The notes beneath the pieces are model-generated. The model searched no databases, was not told the origin of the DNA, and saw nothing but the letters and a program-made list of their open reading frames with translations. The translations under genes and the position numbers were made by a program. DNA of 64,000 nucleotides, taken from Planctomycetota bacterium (GTDB taxonomy: Bacteria > Planctomycetota > UBA1135 > UBA2386). Location: positions 7,872,001-7,936,000 of the forward strand of contig OZ245006.1 in the NCBI GenBank assembly GCA_965223545.1. The letters run 5' to 3'. Shown here one piece after another: positions 50,033 through 58,780 of the stretch (within the stretch, counting starts at the first letter, position 1; each line of letters opens with the position of its first letter).

Positions 50033-50104
50033 AGCCCGGTAGTGTAATCGGTAGCACAGCAGCTTTTGGTGCTGCTTGTCCAGGTTCGAGTCCTGGCCGG
50101 GTTA
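50033..50104 (+). tRNA. tRNA-Gln(TTG)
   Basis: Acceptor AGCCCGG/CCGGGTT, anticodon arm GCAGC-TTTTGGT-GCTGC, T-arm CCAGG-TTCGAGT-CCTGG; CCA not encoded. Confidence 0.93.
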
Positions 50105-50111
50105 TTACCTC
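50083..50111 (+). repeat. att-like 29-bp direct repeat, copy 1 (tRNA 3' end)
   Basis: GGTTCGAGTCCTGGCCGGGTTATTACCTC, identical to 51642-51670. Confidence 0.92.
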
Positions 50112-50345
50112 TTGGCCTTTGGTGGCAAGGAGTTACGGCGGTGGGCTAATGCCTGGGGAGCCGAGGGGGGAGCCGGCGTGGCACCCGAGAGGCGGTGGAG
50201 ACCGCCGCCATGGTCCTTAAAGAGGGACGCCCCCACAGCCGGCAAGCAAGAGGGGGCGAACGGATCTACGGACGCCGCGGAGAACCGCGACGTCCGGCAG
50301 GGCGGCCGGCAGCCCGACGCAAGCGTCCGCCACTCGGGGGTCGCG

Positions 50346-50936
50346 ATGACCGCCACCCCTCGCCTCGACGCGGCTGCGCATCGCCGCCGCGTGAGCTGGA
50401 TCCCGCTGCCGCTCGGAGATCGGCACTTGGCCGGTGAGCTACTCGCGCTTGTGCGGGCGGGTGTGCCTGTGTCGGCGTCGCCAACAAGCTGCGCGCGCCG
50501 TCTGGGTGTCTCGGTCTCGACCGCGGATCGTGCAATCCGAGCTGCGGAGATCGACCACCTACTCGTGCGCGACGGCGGGCAGCTCTCGCCAGGCCCTGAG
50601 TGGTCTCGCTGGTGGAGCGATCGTCACTCGGCAGCGCTGCCGCACCTGGTGCGGGCGAGGGGCGCCCAGGCGACCGAGGAGGTGCTCATTCTACTGCTGC
50701 ACCTCGGCTCCGCCGCTGCGAGGTCCGTCGGCGCGGCGCTGGTCTGGAGGCTGCGGAGGCTGCTCGCCGGTGGGCTCGACTTGGCGCTTCTCGAGGGCGA
50801 AGCGCCGTCGCTCGACGGTGCGTGCGCACGGCTGCAGACGGTTTGGGAGCGCGAGGCGCGCCCGAATAGGGGTAAGCTCTTAGTCCGTTTTGACGGAGGC
50901 AAACGGTCGAATGCACGATCCCAGCGACAAGTATGA
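50346..50936 (+). CDS. hypothetical protein with possible helix-turn-helix
   Basis: SPTSCARRLGVSVSTADRAIRAAE resembles an HTH; ATG 50346 used because the track start lies inside the tRNA. Confidence 0.5.
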   Translation: MTATPRLDAAAHRRRVSWIPLPLGDRHLAGELLALVRAGVPVSASPTSCARRLGVSVSTADRAIRAAEIDHLLVRDGGQLSPGPEWSRWWSDRHSAALPHLVRARGAQATEEVLILLLHLGSAAARSVGAALVWRLRRLLAGGLDLALLEGEAPSLDGACARLQTVWEREARPNRGKLLVRFDGGKRSNARSQRQV

Positions 50937-51059
50937 CCCCGACTTCGAGAGCCTCGAGGAGAGCCAGCTTCCTAAGCGGTGCAGTGCCCGAGGCGATGGA
51001 GTGCGAGGAGTAGCGACGAATTGTCGTATTTGCCTCCTCTTGAGTCCGGCTCATGCACC

Positions 51060-51542
51060 ATGAAGCCGTTCTTGGAACTGCTTCTTCTCTATGTCAAGTT
51101 GGCACGGGCGATTGCCATCGGCTACCACATACTCCCAACGATTTTCAACATATGGTGCACGTCGTGGCAGGCAGGGGAGGGCGTGATCATGATCGGCGTA
51201 GTGACACAGATCGCGATCTTGGCGTCCACACTCGCAATTGTCGTCTCGATCGGCCAATTGCGCTGGGAAGTGCGAATCACATGGGTGAGTCTGGCGGTGG
51301 TTCTCGTGTGGGTTGGAGCCGCTGGCGAGTTCTTGTGGGGCAGTCGTCCCCCGCGACCCGGAGAGTCGGTGCGATCAATCAGTCACCGGATGGAACATCG
51401 GGGTGCGGCTCTAGGGCGGGAGGGCGACGCCCGGACTAAGTTCCTGGATACATGTTTCGGTCACCTTGTACTGTACTATGTGTCCTCTGAGGGCGGAGTC
51501 GTGCGCAACGTATACGCGGTACCGGACTATGCGCTGAAATGA
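51060..51542 (+). CDS. hypothetical membrane protein
   Basis: About three hydrophobic segments; codon usage unlike flanking genes. Confidence 0.5.
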   Translation: MKPFLELLLLYVKLARAIAIGYHILPTIFNIWCTSWQAGEGVIMIGVVTQIAILASTLAIVVSIGQLRWEVRITWVSLAVVLVWVGAAGEFLWGSRPPRPGESVRSISHRMEHRGAALGREGDARTKFLDTCFGHLVLYYVSSEGGVVRNVYAVPDYALK

Positions 51543-51641
51543 TTCGGACCAGTACGCAAATCAGACGCGGCCCTCTCAGACTAGGACGCTTGGAGACGAC
51601 TATGGACTATGACGCACGATACCAAAAAGTAGACCGGGGCG

Positions 51642-51670
51642 GGTTCGAGTCCTGGCCGGGTTATTACCTC
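51642..51670 (+). repeat. att-like 29-bp direct repeat, copy 2
   Basis: Exact copy of 50083-50111. Confidence 0.92.
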
Positions 51671-53043
51671 AAGCCAGCAAGCTGTGAGTGGGTTGGGGTG
51701 GCGTCCTCAGAGTCGGGTGCAGAGCCGGAGGCTGGTAGAGTGCCCAGTCCCATGGCGCAGGTGAGGAGCGACGTCCGGTGACACTCTTTCGGGCTTTTCT
51801 CTCTGTCTCGTTGGATGGATACCTCGCCGACGAGGACGGCAGTGTCGGCTGGCTCGATGCCTACATGACGTCCGAAGTCGACTTCGCTGGGTTCGACGCA
51901 GCGATTGGGGCGGTCGTGATGGGACGCACGACGTTCGAGTGGTCACGCAAACACGGACTCGAAAGGCTTGGGGGGTGTGGATCCGCTATTGAGCAACTCG
52001 ATCATGCGGCCACCTTCACGGCGGTACGTCGGGTTTCGTGGAGCTTGTGCATCGCTTGATCCCAACGGTCGCTGAGCGGCAGAGCACGCAGGCGGAGGAC
52101 GTGTTCGCCGGTCGTCGACTTCCAGCGCGATCCGGCGCGTTTCATACGCACGGCCACGAGTGTCTTGCAGGTGGCCTCGACAGCTCCGCTGCCAATTGGC
52201 AGACCAAGGCGCAGCGATCTGGCGAACCGCATGCGCTCGGCGTGGTTTTCGAAATAGGTGATGGCCTCATGGACGGGCCGCTTCGAGTCCCGCCAAGTAT
52301 CCTCGAGGCCGGAACCGCGCAGTTCGGCGCGGATCTCTTCGGCTGCGCTGTTCGCGCAGCGCAATCGAACGCGCCAACGGTGCAACTCCGACTTGGCGCC
52401 GTCTGCACCGAAGATCACCTCGGCGGCCGGCGCCAGCTTCTCGACCACGTGCCAGAAGTCGATGCCTTGCTCGACGTTGCCGAACACCGCGGCGGGGAAG
52501 TGAGTGTGGAGCAGGTTGCACATCTCGTGGGCACCGTCGGACAGCAGCTTCACTCGCAGGTCCGGGCTCTTCTGCAACAGCCTGTACGCCTCGCCGGCGA
52601 TCTGAGCGAACCACAGGTCGACGTCGCTTTCCGGCATGCACCCGTACCGGAGCGTGTGCAGGCTCGCCCCTTCGGCGTCGTGCAAAGTGATCGTTGCGCA
52701 GTAGGCCATCCGGAAGTTCCGGTCTACGGGCCGCTTTGGCGCGTCCTTGCGCGGTCGGCCCGCCCGACGCTTCGCGGCCTCTTCCATCGGCACGGACACG
52801 CGGTCGACTGCCACGCTCATGGCGACGGCTTCCGCTGGCACGTCGAACTCCTGCGTGAGCATGTCCTCGATGTCCGCGTGTTCGCGAAGCCAGTGCTCGC
52901 CGACATGGTGCGCGACGCGCTCGAAGCTGGCCCGCGAATAGGGAAACCGACCTGTCTGGCGGGCAGCATCCGCCGCATCGCGCGACGGGCCGCGCGTAAG
53001 CGTCCGGTGAAGGCATCTCGAAAGCCGCTGGCGGATCGGCAGG

Positions 53044-53388
53044 ATGCGGCGGATGACGAAGAGAATCCCCGTGTGGGCTCGGGCGGAGATGCGCGAGCTG
53101 CTTCAAGAGCTGGACAACTCAGGCGTGACGGTCGCCGAGTTCGCGCGCCGGCGTGGAGTCAACGCAAACCGCATCTACTGGGCAAGGCGGCAAGCCCGAG
53201 CTGCGGCGGCGCCCACGTCCGCGCCGGCGGTGTCGGACTTCGGGGAGCTGGTGGTCGCTGCGGCCCCATCGCCGCGACGAGCAGCGGCCATTGAGTTGCG
53301 GGTGCCGTCGGGCGCGGTTGTCGATGTGCAGCGCGACTTCGACGAGGCGACGCTCCGACGGCTGCTCGGAGTCTTGCTGCCATGCTGA
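53044..53388 (+). CDS. tnpA: IS66 accessory protein TnpA
   Basis: SGVTVAEFARRRGV..RIYW HTH; DEATLRRLL; overlaps tnpB start. Confidence 0.85.
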   Translation: MRRMTKRIPVWARAEMRELLQELDNSGVTVAEFARRRGVNANRIYWARRQARAAAAPTSAPAVSDFGELVVAAAPSPRRAAAIELRVPSGAVVDVQRDFDEATLRRLLGVLLPC

Positions 53389-53762
53389 GCTTTCCGCCCT
53401 CGCCGCAAGTCAAGATCTTCGTTTGCCGGAAGCCGGTGGACATGAGGAAGAGCTTCAGTGGTCTGTCCGGTGCGGTCATCGACGTGGTCGACCACGACCC
53501 GCAATCTGGTCACCTCTTCCTCTTCTTCAACAAGCGCCGGACCATGATGAAGGCACTGGTGTGGGAGCCGTCCGGTTACTGGGTGCTGGCGAAGCGACTG
53601 ACGAGCGGCCGCTTTCAGGTCTTCGATCGCTCGGCTGAGAACAACAGCCGATTCGAGATTGCGAGTAGCGATCTCGCGCTCTTGTTGGACGGCATCGACC
53701 TCCGTGGCGCGCGACGCAGAGAAGTTCGCGATCAGGTGCTGCAACGACTGGCCGTGACTTGA
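53382..53762 (+). CDS. tnpB: IS66 accessory protein TnpB (Orf2, not the IS200/605 nuclease)
   Basis: PVDMRKSFSGL, DPQSGHLFLFFNKRR, KRL..GRF, LLLDGIDL. Confidence 0.93.
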   Translation: MLSFPPSPQVKIFVCRKPVDMRKSFSGLSGAVIDVVDHDPQSGHLFLFFNKRRTMMKALVWEPSGYWVLAKRLTSGRFQVFDRSAENNSRFEIASSDLALLLDGIDLRGARRREVRDQVLQRLAVT

Positions 53763-53792
53763 TCCGTCTCCGGTTTGTGTTAATCAGAGGGA

Positions 53793-55346
53793 GTGACGCC
53801 GCTCACGGACCTCGACGAAGCCAACTCGACGATCGTCAAGCTGCGCGCCGAGATCGAGCGCCTTCGCGGGCAGCTCGAACTGATGAAGCAGCGCACGTTC
53901 GGACGGCGCCGCGAGCACATCAATCCGAACCAACTGCTGTTGTTCGAGGCCGGCGTCGCGCAGCTCGAAGAGCTGCAGAAGCAGGCGCAGGAAGCGGAGC
54001 AGTCGAGCGAACTCGCGAAGCCTGACCCGAAGAAGAAGCGGAAGCGCGGTCACGGTCGCGGTCAGTTCGCCGAGCACCTGGATCGGCATGTCGTCGAGGT
54101 CGACGTGCCGGAAGCGGAGCGCTGCTGCCCCGAGTGCGGCGAGGCCATGCACTGCATCGGGACTGACGTCACCGAGCGTGGCCACATCATCCCAGCGCGG
54201 TTGGTCGTGAAGCGCTACGTGCGCAACAAGTACGCGTGCCCGCACGGGCACAGGATGAAGATGGCGTCGATGCCTGCCGGCGTCGTCGAGAAGGCGAAGT
54301 ACGAGCCCTCCGTCTACGCGCATCTTGTCACAGCGAAGTACGGCGACCACCTGCCGCTGAACCGCCTGCAGGGGATCTTCCGCCGCTTCGGGGCGCACGT
54401 CCCGAAGCAGACCATGTGGGACATGCTGGCGCGCTTCGACGAGATCGCGGCGCGTCCGATCCTGGCCGAGATGCGGCGCCAGCTGCTTCAAGAAGATGTT
54501 CTTCAAGCCGACGAGACCCCGATCAGGGTGCGACTGGAAGGCCAGAAGGGCACCCGGCGCGGTGTGCTCTGGGCCTGGCGGAACGCTCGCGGCAGCCCCA
54601 ACGAGATGGTCGTGGCCGACTTCAGGGACAATCGATCCGCGAAGGGGCCCAACGCTTTTCTCGGCGCGTGGTCCGGGACATTGTTGACCGATGGCTACGA
54701 CGGTGTGAACCCGAAAGCGCAGCAGAACGCGATCACGCGGGCTGGCTGCTGGGCGCACGCCCGTCGGAAGTTTCGGGATGCGCTCACTGCTGGTGCATCA
54801 CGGGCTGGTTTGGCGCTGCGACCGATCCAGAGGCTTTTCTGGATCGAGCGCGCCGTACTGTCCCGAGCGAAGGATCGGAACCTGACCCGTGAAGCCCTCA
54901 TCGAACTGCGTGAGACCGTTCGTAGCCGCAGATCCAAAGCGGTGCTCCACAGCCTCTACGAGATCGTGTTCGGCCTCCAGGAGGATCCGGCGACCGCGGG
55001 CAACGAACTGCTTCGCAAGGCGGTGAGCTACGCCATCCGGCAGCGGGACCCGTTGCTCGCGCACCTCGACGACGGCCGGCTGCCGATCCACAACAACGAC
55101 ACCGAACGTGACCTGCGCCACGTCGTGACGGGCCGGAAGAACTGGATGACGCTCGCCAGCGAGAAGGGTGGCAACGTGGCAGCTCGCCTCTACTCGATCG
55201 TGCTCAGCTGCAAGCTGGCGAAGGTCAACGTCGAGCGCTACCTCGAGGACGTCTTGGTCGCTGTCGCCACCACGCCGTCGTCGCGCATCGCCGAACTCAC
55301 GCCCTGGGGCTGGGCGAAGGCACGCGCTGCCGGCCAGTCCTGCTGA
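53793..55346 (+). CDS. tnpC: IS66 DDE transposase TnpC
   Basis: FGRRRE, CPECG, KYGDHLPLNR, ADETP, TDGY, CWAHARRKF, NNDTERDLR, GRKNW. Confidence 0.95.
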   Translation: MTPLTDLDEANSTIVKLRAEIERLRGQLELMKQRTFGRRREHINPNQLLLFEAGVAQLEELQKQAQEAEQSSELAKPDPKKKRKRGHGRGQFAEHLDRHVVEVDVPEAERCCPECGEAMHCIGTDVTERGHIIPARLVVKRYVRNKYACPHGHRMKMASMPAGVVEKAKYEPSVYAHLVTAKYGDHLPLNRLQGIFRRFGAHVPKQTMWDMLARFDEIAARPILAEMRRQLLQEDVLQADETPIRVRLEGQKGTRRGVLWAWRNARGSPNEMVVADFRDNRSAKGPNAFLGAWSGTLLTDGYDGVNPKAQQNAITRAGCWAHARRKFRDALTAGASRAGLALRPIQRLFWIERAVLSRAKDRNLTREALIELRETVRSRRSKAVLHSLYEIVFGLQEDPATAGNELLRKAVSYAIRQRDPLLAHLDDGRLPIHNNDTERDLRHVVTGRKNWMTLASEKGGNVAARLYSIVLSCKLAKVNVERYLEDVLVAVATTPSSRIAELTPWGWAKARAAGQSC

Positions 55347-56510
55347 GACGCGTCGGCGGTCGCTCTTCAACCGCTGGCCGCCATGGCGTCACCGGACGCT
55401 TACGGCCGCGCTGAATGTCGTTCGCCATGCACTGGGCGGTGAGAGGAAGCCAACCGCGGCCGTAGGCACCGGTTCGCAGCTTGATCGGGTCGAGGATCGG
55501 TCCGTTGCGCACGCCGACTTGGCGATAGACGGTGCGCTCGACTTTGACCTCGCCCGCCATCGTGAAGTACGTGCCCGGCGTGCGCCGGAAACTGGCGTAG
55601 AGAGCGCCTCGGACCCGGATCCGTGGCGCGTCGACGTCGAGGGCGCGAAGCACCTCCGCGTGCGCTGCCCGCTCGACCGCGGCGGTCTGCTTGGCGATCG
55701 CCCTCTCCGTGTCCGCGTAGTCCACCGCGTGACCGCCGCGGCTCGACTCCGCCGCCGCCACCGTTGCGTCGACCAGGCTCTGCATCGACTCGGCGAGCCC
55801 CTTGTGCTCAACTGGCACCTTCACGAGGACGTACCCTCGTGAAGCGCCCCTCCCAGGACGCTGGTGTTGCATCCTGTATCCGATAGGGAGGGGCGCATGC
55901 TTGTACAAGTGTCTTCTACACAAATACTTGCGGCGAGCCAGCCTGCGACCACCAGATCTCGGGTGCGATCACGCTGCTCCGCTCAATGCCGGAGCCACAC
56001 CCGGCTTGGGGCGAGGCGCAGTGTGGTGCTGACGCATCGTTCGCTCGGCGAAGTGCCAGCGAATGTCGAGGCGTTCGCCGGCGACGTGCGTGAGCTTGCG
56101 GCGTCTTTGCGAGCCGAGCTGGGAACCGAAGGCAAGGACGTCTGGCTGATGGGAGGAGGTCTGTCACTCCAGACGTTTCTGGATGCCGGCCTGGTGGACA
56201 CGCTCGAGCTGTACGTGGTGCCCGAATTGCTGGGTGCTGGCACTCCACTCTTTCCAACCGGTGGCGAACGCAGCTCTTGGAACTTGACGTCGATGCGCAG
56301 CCTGTCGAACGGGATGGTCGAAGTCATCTACTCGCGCCGAGAGTGAGCGCCGACGGGCACGCCGCTCTTGCTGGAAGCCTGCATGGAGCAGCGACGCCGA
56401 GCGACTCCGCCAACTGCTCGACCGTCGGGCTGGTTGACGTTTGACGCGGTCACGATCGATGGGGGACGATCGGGGTTGGAGCGAGCGGCTGCGGAGGAAC
56501 CCCACGCACT

Positions 56511-56831
56511 GTGTCCGATTCCAACGAGCAACCCAGGGGCCAGCAGACCGAGGGGCCGCATCCGATGTCTCGATGGCACTTGTTGTTCAGCTCGCCCATG
56601 TTGTGGCTCGGCCTGTTCATGATGATCGCGGGCGCGCTCCCCCTGCTGGTGGTCGGGGGCGTGGCGTGGCTGACGGGGGAGACCTCCGAGACGGCGGTCG
56701 GTCCGGGGTTCTTCCTCTGGTGCATGGGGTGCCCGGGCCTCATCGTCGCCGCCGCCGGGGTGATGCATGGCGTCTGCGAGTCGATCACGCGGCGGCCAGA
56801 ACCCGACGCCTCTGGTGAGGTCGGGCGATGA
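56511..56831 (+). CDS. small membrane protein
   Basis: Two TM segments; GGAGG upstream; ATGA coupling to next ORF. Confidence 0.55.
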   Translation: MSDSNEQPRGQQTEGPHPMSRWHLLFSSPMLWLGLFMMIAGALPLLVVGGVAWLTGETSETAVGPGFFLWCMGCPGLIVAAAGVMHGVCESITRRPEPDASGEVGR

Positions 56832-57022
56832 AGCCCGCGGATGCGTCGCTCTTCCTTGGAGGAATGCTGCTGGGAGCCGCACTCGGCGCGCTCGGCGCCT
56901 ACGGCCTTTGGGGCGGCTACGCGCTCTTCATGCCCGGGGTGTGGGTGACCGTGGCCGCGTGCGCCGGGCTGACGCCGTTCGTCTTGGCTTGGTTCGTGCA
57001 GGAGTACGAGAAACTGGAGTGA
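56828..57022 (+). CDS. small membrane protein
   Basis: 64 aa, two TM segments, translationally coupled. Confidence 0.55.
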   Translation: MKPADASLFLGGMLLGAALGALGAYGLWGGYALFMPGVWVTVAACAGLTPFVLAWFVQEYEKLE

Positions 57023-57074
57023 TCCCAACCAGTGGTGCTCGAGTGGCGCGAGGCCACCGGTCGATGACGCAAGC

Positions 57075-57515
57075 ATGAAGCCTCTCGCCTACGCGGTGCT
57101 GGCCGGGGTCCTGCTCGCGGGCTGCGCCAGACAATCCACACCACGCGCGGATGACGATGTCGTCCCGGCGCTGACCCCGGAGACCTTCGACCAAGCCATC
57201 GCCCAGGGCGCCGTGCTGGTCGACTTCTGGGCCGATTGGTGACTGTTCTGCCAGCAGATGGTGCCGTTGGTATCATCGACTGCGCGGGACCTCGAGGGCG
57301 AGGTCCGCGTTTGCAAGGTCGACGCGGACACTTGGAAAGAGCTCGACGAGCGCTTCGATCTGCCGGGCTTCCCGACCTTCATCCTCTTTCGCGACGGTCG
57401 GGAAGTCGAACGGCACCCCGGCGCCTTCGACGACATCGGCGAGTTCCAGATGTGGATTCGCGAGGCGCTGGAAGGCGACGACGAGGAAGCCGAGGACGAG
57501 GACTCCGGCTGGTAG
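57075..57515 (+). CDS. lipoprotein thioredoxin, probable selenoprotein (UxxC)
   Basis: MKPLAYAVLAGVLLAGC...VLVDFWADW-TGA(57240-57242)-LFCQQMVP...CKVDAD...GFPTFILFRDG; 146 aa with readthrough. Confidence 0.85.
57254..57283 (+). promoter_or_regulatory. putative bacterial SECIS hairpin
   Basis: GATGGTGCC-GTT-GGTATCATC (9 pairs incl. 2 G-U), extendable by GCAG/CTGC; G-initiated loop 23 nt after the UGA. Confidence 0.7.
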
Positions 57516-57546
57516 GCCCGCGCCGGAGCCTCGCACGCGTGTCGTT

Positions 57547-57993
57547 CTAGGGTCCGAACGACACCGATAGCCCGGCCGACAGCGCGAGGCCGCCGCTCTG
57601 GATCACGTCGACGCCCTGCAGGTGCAGGGTGACGCCCTGCAGCGAGGGCAGCGTCGGGTCGAACTCGATGTGGTACTCCCCCCCGCCGTCGAACTGACCC
57701 AGGATCGGCACGATGGGTGGGCCGACCAAGACCTCCGCGCAGCAGCCGAGCGGCAGCGCGGCGCGGTTGGCGGAGAACGCGACGATCGCGGGCTCGCCGG
57801 CGCCGCCGCCGACCAAGTCGATCGACGCGCTCTGCGGTCCGTGCTGCTGCGCCGACAGCACGAGGTTGGGGTCGACCATCGTGGCGAACAGGCCGCTGCG
57901 GCCATACGACTCCGAGGTCATGTTCTGGGCGTGCAGAGTGGTGGTGCAGATCGCCGCAGACAGAGCGGCGGCCGAGAGTGCTCGTAGCAGCAT
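57547..57993 (-). CDS. secreted protein consisting of the recurrent C-terminal module alone
   Basis: Signal peptide ending TLHA-Q; GGAG RBS; PSLQGVTLHLQG...LALSAGLSVSFGP. Confidence 0.7.
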   Translation of the reverse strand: MLLRALSAAALSAAICTTTLHAQNMTSESYGRSGLFATMVDPNLVLSAQQHGPQSASIDLVGGGAGEPAIVAFSANRAALPLGCCAEVLVGPPIVPILGQFDGGGEYHIEFDPTLPSLQGVTLHLQGVDVIQSGGLALSAGLSVSFGP

Positions 57994-58080
57994 CTCAGTG
58001 ACTCCTTCTTCTTCGTGGTGCGGCCGCGTCGTGGGGCGAGTTCGGCCGCGCTTCTGGTGGGGGGGGCGTCGGGGACGCCC

Positions 58081-58761
58081 TCACTCGAACTCTTCTAGCT
58101 CAAAGCCGTCTTCTGGTAACTGTCGATCCGGGGCATCGCGCCCGGGTCCGGCGGCGCGCCGTTGGCGGTAGGCGTGGATGCCCTCCACGTTGTGGTGCGT
58201 GACCAACACCGCGCCGTCGGCGGCATAGCGGGCAAAGAGGTCGCAGTAGAGGTCCTCTTCCGACGGCCAGGGGAACGCGAAGACGACGTCGCAGTCGGCG
58301 ATCTCGAGGTCGGCCTCACGCGCGCCGTGGCCGCTCACCAGGGTGCGGGTGTCGAGGTCCGACAGGGTCTCGTGCGCCGCGTACTCCTCGGGCACGAAGC
58401 TGCCGTCGAGGACTTCGGCGTCGATGTCGTGGTCGGCGAGCAGCCCGCGCGCACCGTCGACGAGGCGCGCCTCGATCTCGATGCCGTAGGCCTCGAAGCC
58501 GAGCATCGCGGCCAAGCCGGTGACCACCGCGTAGCCACAGCCCCACTCGCAGAAGCGCTCGAGCTCCGGGGATTGGCGGCGCAGTGCACACAGCGCGCGC
58601 CAAACCACGACGTAGTCACTGGGGTAGAAGCCCGTGCGCGCGTCGTGCCGGTGGTTGCGCAAGTACTCTTCGATGCGGCCGTCGGCGTCGGTGAGCAGGG
58701 CGTTCACCTCCGCCGGCAGCGGCGCGTCGACCAGCTGCAGCTCGACTGGGACCAGAACCAC
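58081..58761 (-). CDS. class I SAM-dependent methyltransferase
   Basis: GFYPSDY, CEWGCGYAVV, AYGIEIE, GSFVP, DVVFAFPWP. Confidence 0.8.
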   Translation of the reverse strand: MVLVPVELQLVDAPLPAEVNALLTDADGRIEEYLRNHRHDARTGFYPSDYVVVWRALCALRRQSPELERFCEWGCGYAVVTGLAAMLGFEAYGIEIEARLVDGARGLLADHDIDAEVLDGSFVPEEYAAHETLSDLDTRTLVSGHGAREADLEIADCDVVFAFPWPSEEDLYCDLFARYAADGAVLVTHHNVEGIHAYRQRRAAGPGRDAPDRQLPEDGFELEEFE

Positions 58762-58780
58762 GGGGCGCGCGGCGGCTTGG

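Larger units (their letters stand above)
50083..51670. mobile_element. small tRNA-integrated islet without integrase
   Basis: Bounded by the duplicated tRNA-Gln 3' end; visibly more AT-rich in its distal half; two ORFs. Confidence 0.75.
52996..55403 (+). mobile_element. IS66 family element, apparently intact (2408 bp)
   Basis: IR GTAAGCGTCCGGTGA perfect for 15 bp at both ends; 8-bp TSD GGCCGCGC at 52988-52995 and 55404-55411; three-gene layout. Confidence 0.95.
52002..55872 (-). pseudogene. ISKra4-type DDE transposase split by IS66
   Basis: 55872-55404 plus 52987-52002 rejoin in frame (NDIQRG|PSRDAA), about 484 aa; motifs VAVD, LSDGA, DFWH, LPIGSGAVEATCK, RMKRAG. Confidence 0.85.
51973..56002 (-). 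mobile_element. ISKra4/ISLre2-type (IS256-related) insertion sequence, 1614 bp once IS66 is removed
   Basis: Terminal IRs GGGTGTGGATCCGCTATTGAGC vs GGGTGTGGCTCCGGCATTGAGC (19/22); 8-bp TSD GGCTTGGG at 51965-51972 and 56003-56010. Confidence 0.88.
51778..56346 (+). pseudogene. dihydrofolate reductase / RibD C-terminal family gene interrupted by nested IS elements
   Basis: 5' part 51778-51972 (SLDGYLAD..VVMGRTTFE) and 3' part 56011-56346 (DVWLMGGG..GLVD..LLGAG.PLF) join in frame as ERLG|ARRSVV, 176 aa. Confidence 0.9.

Noticed and set aside
51539..51781. Peptide FESWPGYYL shared by ORFs at 50076 and 51539
   Set aside because: Just the translation of the duplicated tRNA end
53382..53762. TnpB as an RNA-guided nuclease
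   Set aside because: 126-aa IS66 Orf2; no RuvC or zinc-finger motifs
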